A DNA stretch of 64,000 nt from Octopus vulgaris (taxonomy: Eukaryota), in assembly GCA_951406725.2 (NCBI GenBank), contig OX597818.1:89714001-89778000 (forward strand). Direction: 5' to 3'. Every line of letters begins with the position of its first letter. Position 1 is the first letter of the stretch. The position numbers and the translations under genes were made by a program. A model generated the notes under the pieces. It made no database searches. It was not told the DNA's origin and was given only the letters and a program-made list of their open reading frames with translations. This document shows, piece by piece, positions 25,993 to 38,495 of the stretch.

Positions 25993-26455
25993 AAAGGCGA
26001 TGAGCTGGCAGAATTGTTAGCACGCTGGGCGAAATGCTTACCTGCATTTCGTCCGTCTATACGTTCTGAGGTCGAATTCCGCCGAGGTCGACTTTACCTT
26101 TCATCCTTTCAAGGTCGATAAAATAAGTAAGAATTTGAGCACTGAGGTCAATGTACTCGACTTACCCCCCCCCTGAAATTGCTGGCCTTGTGTCAAAATT
26201 TGAAAGCTGTATAAATGATATGATACGATAATATAAAGCGGCAAGTTGGCAGAATCGTTACCGCACTGGAAAAAAAATGCTTAGCAGCTTTTTTTCCCCT
26301 CTTTACGTTCTCAGTTCGAATTCCGCTGAGGTCGGTCGACTTTACTTTTTATCCCTTTCGGGGTTGATTAAATAAATACCAGTCAATATAATTAACTACC
26401 CTTTCCCCCAACCTCTTCTGTAGTTTCAGGCCTTGTGCCTGTAATAGGAAAGATA
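25330..26455 (+). mobile_element. Cluster of five head-to-tail SINE C copies
   Basis: Heads GGCGA.GAGCTGGCAGAA at ~25332, 25519, 25742, 25996 and 26238, mostly separated by (TTA)n. Confidence 0.85.
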
Positions 26456-26467
26456 TATATGATACGC

Positions 26468-26695
26468 TGTGGAGGCGCGTGGCTTACTGGTTAGAGTGTC
26501 AGCATCATGATCGTAAGATTGTGGTTTCGATCCCTGGACCGGGCGACGCGTTGTGTTCTTCAGCAAAACACTTCATTTGCAAAAATGAATTACGCTGCGA
26601 TGGACTAGCGTCCCGTCCAGCTGGGAAACACATACACCACGGAAACCGGGAAACCGGGCCCATGAGCCTGGCTAGGCTTTAAAAAGGACACATTT
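26468..26695 (+). mobile_element. tRNA-derived SINE with a V-domain-like segment
   Basis: tRNA head followed by CTGCGATGGACTAGCGTCCCGTCCAG. Confidence 0.65.
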
Positions 26696-27459
26696 ATTAT
26701 ATTTTATTTATATGATACGCTAATATACGCAGAGATACAAACGTCTAAATAAGAACGCGAAAGATAAAAATATATATATATATATAAAACAAGATCTTCA
26801 TAAAAAATGTATATCAATACAAACACTTAATACAGAGCTAATGGCAATTTAAGGAGCATAATTTTGGGTTATTAAAATCTTGTGGAAGTTATTAAAGGGT
26901 GGAGTGAGAAACCAAAAACAAAACGTTAAACCATTGTTAAGAATAGAGTAAATAAGTTGTAAAAATATATATAGAACCGTAAATATAGCACTGACGAATT
27001 TATAATAAATAAAATTAATAGACTAACTAATCTGGTTAAATGGAATTTGTAGAGTCATAAAAATAACAGAGGTTTGTAATGTTGGGTATTTTCTGTGTTG
27101 AAGTGATTAAGGGTGGAGGAAAGGGTATTGTTCTTCAGGAGCGACAAAGGAAATGGTGAAATTAACTGTGGGTAAGTGCTTTGACTGTTGTTGTAATAAA
27201 GAAATTTTATTAGAGAGTGAGGGTGTTGGGTTGATGATGGCGGTTGTTGTTGTTGTTGTTGTTGTTGTTGTTGACGTGTTTTAAACCTGTTTCTCAGCCG
27301 TTTTTTGTCCCACGCACCACAGCGATTTTTATGTAAAATTACATAGGAATAAAACAGAGTGCATTGCACCATGACCGGACTAAGTGTATAACGCACTGAA
27401 ACACACACACACACACACACACACACACGTATACATTCAAAACCGTTTTTATTAAATTA

Positions 27460-27758
27460 CTAGCAGTATCACCCGGAGTTGCTCGGGTTTGTAAGGGAAA
27501 TAACTACATAAGCATTTTTAGAGAGTTATAGCCCCCAAATAGCAAAAAAATGCATTAAAAATGGAAAAAAAATGATGGTAATTTAAAAAAAAAAAATCGT
27601 AGACTCATCGTAGACGCGCGCTAATACCCAGAAGGGCTCGATATGAATCACGACTGTAGGATACCCGGTTTTGGTTAAACTGCACCGCAAAATGTGGGAG
27701 TAGTTAGGAATCTAAATCGTAGGAGACAGACACACAACCTTACTTTTATATATAAAGA
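27460..27758 (-). mobile_element. Non-autonomous Helitron
   Basis: Minus A|TC start and CTAG|T end with hairpin; last ~130 bp shared with 5995-6371. Confidence 0.8.
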
Positions 27759-27991
27759 TTATTGCAAATTTTATTCATTTGTTACATATATTCGATTCCG
27801 AAGTGAAGTAATGCGCCCCGCCGCTGGTGAATGTGCTTCGTTATGAGAAACTCTGTGACGCAATGCAAATTTTTGTATTTCGAACTGTTTTCTTCTCTTT
27901 CTGTTGCCCTGTCCCTTTTAAGAGAGTCCACTTCATGTATGGGATCACCACATTCAGGTGGCAAATATACTTCACAATTCCGTGCTGCAAC

Positions 27992-28226
27992 TCTCTTTTA
28001 CTCGTTTCAGTCATTTGATTGCGGCCATGCTGGAGCACCGCCTTTAGTCGAGCAAATCGACCCCAGGCTTATTCTTTGTAAGCCTAGTAATTCTTTGTAA
28101 TTCTATCGGTCACTTTTGCCAAACCGCTAAGTAACGGGGACGTAAACACACCAGCATCGGTTGTCAAGTGACGTTGGGCGGGGGGACAAACACACACACA
28201 TATAAGCAATAATAAATCTCTGAACG

Positions 28227-28273
<47 letters not shown>

Positions 28274-28440
28274 TACGACAGGCTTCTTTTCAGTTTCCGT
28301 CTACCAAATCCACTCACAAGTCTTTGGTCGGTCCGAGGCTATAGTAGAAGACACTTACCCAAGGTGCCACCCAGTGGGACTGAACCCGGAACCATGTGGC
28401 TGGTAAGCAAGCTACTTACCACACAGCCACTCCTGCGCCT
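27992..28440 (-). mobile_element. SINE family B, full length
   Basis: Reverse complement of the 22976 copy. Confidence 0.9.
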
Positions 28441-28594
28441 TACTTCTTGATTAGAAATTTGATATTGCTTGATTCTCCTTTTTCTAGATCAGCGACAGTT
28501 TGTCACTAGAAAAAAGCATATGGTATTTTGCGTTTGGAATGAGATCTCATCGCTAGCTGGTGATCAACATGCAATGATAACGGGTTACGCAAAT

Positions 28595-28716
28595 ACTAAT
28601 CAGACACAGACAGTGTGTCGTTAGCCAGCTGGTGGAGATGTCCTCCTGGGGCTATAAACAACAGTAGCATCGTCCCCTATGGGACCGCCACATTTAGATG
28701 GCAAATATACTTCACG
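28595..28716. mobile_element. Fragment of the hairpin-rich PLE-like family (opposite orientation)
   Basis: Reverse complement reads GCCATCTAAATGTGGC, TCCCATAGGGGA, TAGCCCCAGG, GACACACTGTCTGTGTC. Confidence 0.55.
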
Positions 28717-29026
28717 ATATATATATTCTTTCGTCCTGTTATTCTTATATTTCTTTCAGTCATTTGATTGTAGCCATGCTGGAGCACCGCCTTTGAGGGT
28801 TTTTGAACAGTCTCAAGTGTAACACGCCGAAACTGTAATGATAAATGGAAGCTTGATTGATGAACAGAGGTCCACGAATGATCCGCCTTGAGTTTTCCCT
28901 GTCAATCTTTCTGTCGTCTATCTGTCCGTATGCTTTTATTGTCGTCCGTTATGTTCTCATTCCATTTTTTATATTTATATATACAAATACGTACGTACAT
29001 TTTTTGCTTACCATATATATATATAT

Positions 29027-29440
29027 GCACGACGGGTTTCTTTCGGTTTCCGTCTACCAAATCCACTCACAAGGCTTTTGTTGGCCCAAGGCTATTGTAG
29101 AAGACACTTGCCCTAGGTGTCACGCAATGAGACTGAACCCGAACCATGTGGTTGTGAAGCAAGCTTCTTATTTCTTTACTGCCCGCAAGGGGCTACACAC
29201 AGAGGGGGCAAACAAGGACAGACAAAGGGATTAAGTCGATTATATCGACCTTAGTGCGTAAATGGTACTTATTTAATCGACCCCGAAAGGATGAAAGGCA
29301 AAGTCAACCTCGGCGGAATTTGAACTCAGAACGAAGCGGCAGACGAAATACTGCTATGCATTTCGTCCGGCGTGCTAACGTTTCTGCCAGCTCGCTGCCT
29401 TTTGAAGCAAGCTTCTTACCACACAGCCACGCTTGCGCCT
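29027..29440 (-). mobile_element. SINE B head interrupted by SINE C
   Basis: TSD TGAAGCAAGCTTCTTA flanks the SINE C at ~29171-29402. Confidence 0.8.
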
Positions 29441-29459
29441 ATTTAAAATGATATATTAT

Positions 29460-29523
<64 letters not shown>

Positions 29524-29689
29524 GCGTTCGAGATATTTTGACTATTTTTTTAATGTTTCCTTTTTTTCAGGAATATCTTGACGTATTGGTGAACAGCCAG
29601 CGACCTTAGAGAACTTAAAATTAAAGTTGTAGCTGAGAAAAAAATTAGCTGAATACTGGAAAATAGTTACTTGTATCATGATAATTCGC

Positions 29690-30290
29690 ATCGGGTATCA
29701 AAATGCCGACGTCGTGACTGCTACTCATTACTTTGTGAACACTGTAAAGGCTGTCAGACGTGATAGAGACTGCTGCAACGGAGACTACAAGGCCGTGGCT
29801 AGCAGGAAGTGAGACAACAGGCGTTCTGACTGCGTGTGAACACCAGAGTTCATCCCGACATCTTTGAACGGGGCCTTAGGGTCAGTTCAGGCGGTTGTGT
29901 GAAGCTGCAGGAGAGTATGGTTAAATCTTAGCTGGAGAGGGTTGTTGCAGAAAGGCCATACGTATGGCAGCAGGATTCGGCTCCAGATCATACTTCCGGA
30001 AAGAGTTAGAAGTAGTTGTCGAAGAATTCCAACGACTTCATTAGCCTCAGTTTCTGGCCTCCTAACCCCAACCCTCAATTGTAATCCTATGGATTGCTAT
30101 GTGTGGGGCTCGGTTGAAAAAGAGACGAACCACTCTGCCTGCAACATCAAGGCCGAACTGGTGACCAAGATCAAGGAGGTGTTCGAAGATCTTCCCAGGG
30201 ACACAGTGAGGAATGCTTGCACCAGGTCCTTGAGCTGTCTTGAGGACCTGGTGGAAGCTGAGGGCGGTACTTTGAGTAAACTTAACATTA
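29690..30290 (+). pseudogene. Tc1/mariner-superfamily (maT/DD37D-like) transposase remnant
   Basis: WQQDSAP and NPMDCYVWGSVEKETN..VRNAC..VEAEGG. Confidence 0.75.
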
Positions 30291-30371
30291 GACATATTCG
30301 GATACGAAACGTCGTAACAAATCAGTGCTGGTTATAATTTCGATGCAAAATCTGCAGAGATAACCTAAACA

Positions 30372-30802
30372 CAGGGCTGGATTAAGACCTGTCGAGGCCC
30401 TAAGCACTTAAAAGATTTTGGAGCCCCCATAAAAGATTATGTAATTCAAAATATAAACAACAAACAATAAAATAAATTTTTATTTTTCAAAACGAAACGA
30501 AACAAAACAGTAAAAGGGAAAATAATGTTTATTTTTGTATACTTCCACTTTATTTATATTTGAAAAATTTCTTCCTACTTTTTAAAATTACAAAGTCTTT
30601 GATCAGATCCTCAAAATTAATCTTAGATAACACATCTGCATCTGTACTTAGTAGAGATGAAGGCATCCCGAATATTATTTTAAACAGGTTTAAAGTGATT
30701 TTGTTTTGTGCCGTAAGCCATTTACCATTTCTGTGGTGCCCCCCTCCTTCCCTTGAAGCCCGAAGTACGTGCTTATTTTGCCTAAGGGTTAATCCAGCGC
30801 TG
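30372..30802. mobile_element. hAT MITE
   Basis: TIR CAGGGCTGGATTAA / TTAATCCAGCGCTG with a perfect 8-bp TSD CCTAAACA. Confidence 0.9.
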
Positions 30803-30904
30803 CCTAAACATGTGATTTGATAGCCTTGCTAACACAGTAGGACACAGTATGGACATATAAAGCATTTAATATACTTTGTAATATTATGGTTGCATAACGA
30901 AATA

Positions 30905-31151
30905 CGGTGTCCCTACAAGTCATTAAACTGCAGGTATATTGTGAATTGTCCGCAGGTGCACTATGAATAGTCGGCAGGTGTGTCGCGTATAGAGCGCAAG
31001 TGGTAGTATATAGTCCACACGTGTGTAACGAATAGTCTGCAGGTGTGTGCATATAGTTCATAGGTGTAACACATATAGTCTGCGGGGGTGACGCGAGTTT
31101 TTGAGGTGAGTTAGATAATGCTACGACTACATCCCGTTGCATTTAACACCG
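30905..31151. repeat. Degenerate ~21-22 bp tandem array, possibly a MITE
   Basis: About 8 units of ATAGTC.GCAGGTG; ends CGGTGT...ACACCG. Confidence 0.5.
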
Positions 31152-31459
31152 ACCTATTGTATCAATAATTTTGATTTCAAAAGGCGGAAGTGTCTGATTT
31201 AACGAAAGCTTAGCTAGTATTTCTAGTAGGTTGAGAGGCCACATAGAGGATCACTTGTTGACTTCTCCAACCTGTATGTCGCATAGTTTTGAGAGGGATA
31301 AGTTGAATTAAACTGATACCCTTAGTAGATCGGCGTTTCTCAAAGTGGAGATGGTAATATTTTTATGACGCTTGGGTGACTTCGGAATGGTGCGTGAGTA
31401 ATTAAGAAATGAATAAAATTTGTAATAAGATGTAAATTAAAAACTTCTTTTGAATACAT

Positions 31460-31845
31460 AAGTGGCTGTGTGGTAAGTAGCTTGCTTACCAACCACATGG
31501 TTCCGGGTTCAGTCCCACTGCGTGACACCTTGGGCGTCTTCTACTATAGCCTCGGGCTGACCAAAACCTTGTGAGTGGATTTGGTAGACGGAAACTGAAA
31601 GAAGCCCGTCGTATATATGTATATATATATGTATGTTTGTGTGTCTGTGTTTGTTCCCCCAATGTCGCTTGACAACCGATGCTGGTGTGTTTACGTCCCC
31701 GTAACTTAGCGGTTCGGCAAAAGAGACCGATAGAATAAGTACTAGGCTTACAAAGAATAAGTCCTGGGGTCGATTTGCTCGACTAAAGGCGGTGCTCCAG
31801 CATGGCCGCAGTCGAATGATTGAAACAAGTAAAAGAGTAAAAGAC
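31460..31845 (+). mobile_element. SINE family B
   Basis: Matches the 22976 copy. Confidence 0.9.
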
Positions 31846-33432
31846 ATGCTAACATACATAAACAAACACACACACACACGGTTTAATTGTTAGGGTGTTG
31901 TATTGACGATCCTGAGATCGTTGTTTCAGTTCTTAGACCGGGCAGTGCGTTGAGTTCTTGAACAAAATACTTCATTACGCGTTGCTCTGTGATCACTTCG
32001 ACATCGTTTTCTATGATTTTGTTTTTATGTTTTCGTTTCTTGTGTTCAACATTTTTCTTTTATGTCCTGTACCCATATATGCATGTATATATACATATAT
32101 TTGTAAGTATGTACATATATGTATGTATATATATATATATATATATCTCTATATATATATATTCTTTTATTTTTTTATTCTTTTACTTTTTCAGACATTT
32201 GACTGCTGGAGCACCGTCTTAACGGGTTATACTCGAAGAAATCGATCCCAGGACTTATTCTTTGTAAGCCTAGTACTTATTCTATCGATTTCTTTTCGCT
32301 AAGTTACGGGGGATATAAACACACCAGCATCGGTTATCAAGCGATGGAGGACACGCGCGCGCACACACACATTCTTTTATTCTTTTATTTGTTTCAGTCA
32401 TTTGACTGCAGCCATGTTGGAGCACCGCCTTTATATAAATATATGACGAGCTTCTTTCACTTTCTGCCTACCAAATCCACTCACTAGGCTTTGATCTGGC
32501 TGAGGCTACAGTCTGAGGTGCCACGCAGTGGGATTGAACCTGAAGCCATAGAGTTGGGGAAACAAGCTCCTTACCAAACTGCCTATATATGGGAAAATCT
32601 AACTAAGGTGTGGAGCAAAATCCGTTAAAGCCATCGTCCGAGATATTCCCTAGAAACATCCACTGTGATAAAGGATTTATCAACATTCGTAATCACCAGT
32701 ATCCATCAATGGGTGAATATTGCGAGTGTTTTCAGTGTAGAACCGATTAGAGGGAGTATTTGGAGGCAGGATGATTACATAGAAGTCGTGATGTTTTTTT
32801 TTATCGATGTACATCAAGCAAGCAGACAGAATCGAAACCGGATCGAGAATTCGGCATATTTGTAGATACCTACTGTTTTATCATGTTCACTGCGTCACAT
32901 AATTTCTTTTAGTTATTTCTTCCGTTTTACTATTGTGTGTGTATGTGTGTGTGCGTGTGCGTGTGTATAAATGTGTGTTTGTATGTATGGGTATATGTAT
33001 GAAAGTTTTTAAGTGTGTATGTATATATGTATGTATGTACGTGTATGTATGAATGAGTAAAAGAGAGAATAAATAAATATTGATTTCAAACTTTAGCACA
33101 TAGTCAGCAAGTTCTGGGTAAGTCGATTATATTGACCCCGGTGCTCAACTGGTATTTATTTAATCGACCCCGAAAGGATGAAAAGCATAATTGTAGTATA
33201 TATGTATGAATGAGTCTATGTATGTATGTATGTATGTATGTATGCATGTGTATGTGTGTATGTATGTATGTATGTATGCATGTCTGTGTGTATTTTGCAT
33301 ATATATGTAAGAATGAATGTGTTTATATTTGTATAAGTTGTGTATGCATGTATGTACGACTGCATATATATATATGTGTGTGTGTGTGTGTATATGAATG
33401 TGTGCATTATATCTATATCTATCTCTCTCTCT

Positions 33433-33474
<42 letters not shown>

Positions 33475-33901
33475 TATATATGTATGTATGTTTGTATATA
33501 TGTATATGTGTACGTATAATTGTATAATTGTTTTGTAGTGACGTACATAGATGTGTTTCCCCCTCTCCCACACATAGATGTATGTATAAACATTTATGTT
33601 TGTGTGTGTACATGTATGTATGTTTGTGTGTGTGTGTGTGTGTGTATGCGCCTGTGTATGACGTCTTTGAAGTCACCTTTAAAAATCAGAAAGGCGGCAG
33701 TGTTTGCATTTTCTAACGGTTGACCTCTTAGTTTCTTCAAGCTTTACATTGTTGTATTTCGGTCAACAACTACCTTTATATCATTTTATATTTATTTATT
33801 TATTCTAAAGCAGCGAGATGGCAGAATTGCTAGCGCGCTGGGCAAAAATGCTTAACGGCATTTCGTCCGTCTTTACGTACAAATTCTGTTGAGATTGATT
33901 A

Positions 33902-34333
33902 TGTAACAGGATGGGAGATTCCAGCACTGGATGGGTGCAGCTCGCACACTTTACATTAAATATTAAATGAAGAAAGAGTCAAGATTTCCGATTAGCTTCA
34001 ACAGAATAAATATTTATTCTTTGATTCGCAATAAAAAGCATTTCTTTCTTCTGGGCGAATCGACAACCTAGGAACTTATCGACAGTAGTCAAGAGGAGTG
34101 AGTCAATCCTGCCCGTTCAAGCATAGCGGAGATGCGCCACGAGGTCGCAGCTCGAGAGAGCTGATGGAGACACGTCTGTCTTGTTCAGCTGCTAGCGTCC
34201 AAGAGAGCGATACAAGAGAATTTCGCTGCTGCTAGTTTCCTGCGCATGCGCATGAGAGAACTTCCGAGAGGCCTTCCGGAAGACTCCAACCCTGCGCATG
34301 CGTGCTGGAGATTTCCAAGATGGCGTCACTACA
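33902..34333 (-). mobile_element. Solo LTR (Gypsy-like) inserted in a SINE C
   Basis: TGTA...TACA termini and 4-bp TSD ATTA; the SINE C sequence resumes on both sides; orientation inferred from motif order. Confidence 0.85.
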
Positions 34334-35550
34334 ATTATGCTTTTCATCCTTTCGGGGTCGATTAAATAAATACCAGTTGAGCACCGGGGTCAATATAATC
34401 GACTTACCCAGAACTTGCTGACTATGTGCTAAAGTTTGAAATCAATATTTATTTATTCTCTCTTTTACTCATTTCTCTGTCATCCGTTACATTAGGTCTC
34501 TTCTTTCTCTCTTCAAAATTTAAATACAACCTTGTCGTTGCTGATGTTGTTATTGTTGCGTAGCCCTAGATCAGTGCTGATCGACTGTGGCATGCATATA
34601 TGTGGTTTGGGTCGGCAAACGAAAACCCACCTATCCGTATTATACCACGCGCTTCCACCCAGCTGAATCCCTGCTCAGTAGATTTGTGTTTCTCAAAGTG
34701 GGGCTCATTCTCCAACGGTACGGCATGGTAATGTTTTGGATGGGGCTCGAGACTTCAGAATACGATGGGATGGATAAGATACAAATGATTTAAAAGTTTT
34801 AATTAAAAATTTATCGCAGGAAAATATAAACAGAAGGGAATTATAAAAACGAATTGACAGAATAAGGACCGGAGGTAAAAAAAAAAAAGTATTGGGGTTG
34901 ATTTGTTCGGCTTAAACCCTTCGAGACGATGCCCAAGCAAGGCCGTAGTTCAATGACTAAAAGATATCTGTTTGTGTTGTGATCGTAGTGGAGGCGTAAT
35001 ATGTTACCATTATAATTAAGGCGGCGAACTGGCAGAACCGTTAGCACGCCGGGCAAAATGTTCTGGGTTGAAATTCCGCCTAGATCGACTTTACCTTTGA
35101 GTACCGGGTCAATGTAATCGCCTTAGCTCCCTCCCCCACTTGAAATTGCTGGCCTTGTGTTAAAATTTAGAAAATCAATATTTAATCATTGTAGTTTTGT
35201 CTTCTCTGTGTAGGTATGAAAGCTCGTGGCCTAGTGATTAGGAGTGTTGTGTTCCTGATCGTAAAATCGCAGTTTCGATACCCAGACCAGGCTACGAGTT
35301 ATGTTCTTGAGCAAAGCACTTAATTTCACTTTGTCTCTGCCCGCTTAAATGTAAATGAGTTCCAGCAATAGCTAGGAAGTTAACCTTGAACGGAACCCTT
35401 GAACGGAACGCCGGTCCGTGCAGGGTTAACTTCCTGCAAGTTATGGATGATTCTTTTATGACTCCATTGCTTTCAAGTATGTTATGGATGCTAGAACTCA
35501 TAAAACCAAAGCTTAGCTCGTTTTCCATGATATATAATGTACTGAAAGCA

Positions 35551-36058
35551 AAATCCTCGAGTATAATCCGCATTTTTTCCTCAAATTTAAAGGTCAAAAT
35601 CCCTAGTGCGTATTATACACGAGGTTAAAAACGAAAATTATTTTCTAAGCAATGTTCAAGTCTCCATTTGCTGTCCGGCAATGTTTATTCAGACGCATTT
35701 TGTGATGTCAGGCGCGAAAATACCTTAAGCTAAGCTTGAAAGCAATGAAGTCATAAAAGAATCATCCATAATTTGCAGTAAGCAATATTTATTAAACATT
35801 ATTACTGTTATTTCTTTATTTTCTGCAAACAAAATGCACAAAAAAGCTACACGTTTGCATTACGTTAAATATACAATAATAATAAAGTACGTTACCGTAT
35901 ACATTTTTACAAACCAAGGACGTTATATGGATCTCCTTGACTCAAGTTAGAGAAGGGGGTGCGTATTATACACAAGGCTTAAGTTTTTCAGAGGTACAGC
36001 CCCCTAAAAATCCCCTGCGTATTATACTCAAGGGCGGACTATACTCGAGGATTTACGG
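35551..36058. mobile_element. pogo/Tigger-like MITE
   Basis: AAATCCTCGAGTATA ... TATACTCGAGGATTTACGG|TA; second copy in pieces at 41441-41611 and 42194-42333. Confidence 0.8.
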
Positions 36059-36584
36059 TACTTAAGTATGAGTGAACTATGCTATGTTTATGTTGCTGAG
36101 TGTCGTAATTGTCATTTTATAAAAAAATATTCTCTGGATTATTGTTTTGATGTAGTTGCGAAACCAGGATTTTAGCTGATGTAAACAGAGATAAAGAATT
36201 TGTACAGTAGAGGTTGAAGAACGGTAGAAGGATGTGCGTGTTGTGTGATGCATTGTGTATGAAACTATATCTACGTTCTTGCGGAGGTGTGTAAAGATTG
36301 TTTAGTTCTAGGTCGAAGAAAGTGGGTAGATGGGAGTGTACCCAGTTAAACATGCAACATAAAAGTGGCATTGTTTTCTTGTTCAAATATCAAATTGCCA
36401 AACAAGTGAATGAATAATTAAAAATGCAAGAAAACAGAGAACATACGACGGACTTACTTTCAAAGTAAAAGAATCTGCACACTATATCGTGTTTGTTCCG
36501 CATTTCAATATCTTACTGACAAAATATAAAATTACTTAGAAAATGACTACGTCGATGCTCATTGTAGTGGCGATGATAATAATG

Positions 36585-36626
<42 letters not shown>

Positions 36627-36789
36627 GCCTATTTTGTTTCATGAGAGGTGGACACCTGAGAGGTCAGAAGGGCAACATACAGAAATATTGTGGCTTCAGA
36701 TCAGGTAAGAATAACAATGGAAAGCCACAATACAAACATAAAATGATGATGATGATGATGATAATAATAATAATAATAATAATAATATT

Positions 36790-37900
36790 TTTTTTATTAG
36801 TAACAATGGCCGCACACAAAGGACGATACAAAATAAACTACAGTGGGATTTACATATAATGCGTGTAAAGAGCAAAAAAAAAAAAAAAGAAAAAGAAAAC
36901 AGTAACAATGAACAATAAAAATCCGAACAATAAAATTCCCCAAAAGTGGGGAAGCTCATCCCAGGGGCAGCCAAGGAACCCCATACATCCTGGGCACTCC
37001 AAACGCCAAGGATAACTCGGGCGAGCCACCCTCTCCTACAGGCGCATGCTCAGAGTAGGCCTATATACACAGACCATCCTCGCTACATTTTATCCACCTT
37101 TCAACAGTACTCTCCTCTCCACCTTTACTTTCCTTTTCAACTGTAACTTGAAAAAGTCGATGAGGATTTGTCCGAAGAGGTAAATATTTGTCTTCAGTCC
37201 TTTCAACTTCAACCACCACTCTACCTCTTTTGCCATAGCCACCTGACAGAGAAAACTACCTTGTTTTTTCCGGCCGAAAAATGCAGCGAAGCGATCCTCA
37301 CGATGGACTCGGCTGATAACCAGACCCATCCTACACGCGTCAGCAGCTGCTCGACAAAGCTCCCAAAGTCAGCAATGTACGGACATTGGACGAGTGCATG
37401 CAGAACGATTTCATCGCCCTGCGTACATTTCGGACATGTCCGACTGATAGCATTTCCGTGTTTGTAAAGTTTGTCCCGAACCGGCAGAGCTTCTCGGTAA
37501 AAATTGCCAAGCCATGAATTTCTGGAAATTATCCATTGGCCACGGCCCGAAAGTCCACCAGAAAAGACCAGCTAATTGATCCCTTCCGATGCCAGATTTT
37601 CCCTGAGGACGTCGTCGCTCTTGCCCTGCACAAATCCTCTAGAGAACACCAATGTGGAGCTTACACCGACCGCATTGCCCGACTGGCGGAATACTGTGAG
37701 AGCTTGTCGACACTCCAGATGCTAAGCGCCCTTTATTTGTTTACGCTTGATCCAGGACTGTAGCTCCGTCAGAGAGACGAGCTGCGGAAAATCCTGTCTG
37801 ACAAACGGTGACTAACCGTTAAGGAAACGCAGGAGCTGCCGCAGCCTCAGCGCATGTCTGCGCATCATTAGCCCGCACTTTTTGTAGCCTTATCAGCTTG
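36790..37900 (-). pseudogene. Tx1/L1-like ORF2 3' portion and UTR
   Basis: VAMAKEVEWW..LIDFFKLQLKRKVKVER; nucleotide similarity to 10970-11230. Confidence 0.75.
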
Positions 37901-38450
37901 GCCGTTTGGGCCAGACATATATTCATCTGTAGGATTCCCATTCTATATAGCTCTGTGCCTTTCGCAGCCTTTGCTGCGAACGTGTTATTCACAATGGAAA
38001 TGTTGCTGTTTAAGCTGACGAAGCCACTGCTGCTTTTGTTTTCTTCCTGGATCATGATTTTCGTGCTAGTCATTTTATTATTGACACTTTAGTTGATGTC
38101 TTAGTTGTCACCTATGCAATAGAAGTGGTTTTCACAAGCCTTTTGTGACAAAATAAACAACTTTTAGAGACACAGATTAAAAGATTAGATTTACGAGCAA
38201 AAAGACACGCATGCTTCCAGTATAAATAAAACAATGATTTCAAAATTTGGCAGAAGGCCAGTAATTCCGGAGAATGATGGTAAGTCGATTACATCGACAT
38301 CCGGTGTCCAGCTGGTACTTATTTATCGACTCTAAAAGGATGAAAGGTAAAGTAGACCTCAGTGGTATCTGGACTCAGAACATAAAGACAGACAAAATGT
38401 CACTAAGCATTTTACCACGTGCTAACGACTCTGTCAGTTCACTGCCTTAT

Positions 38451-38495
<45 letters not shown>

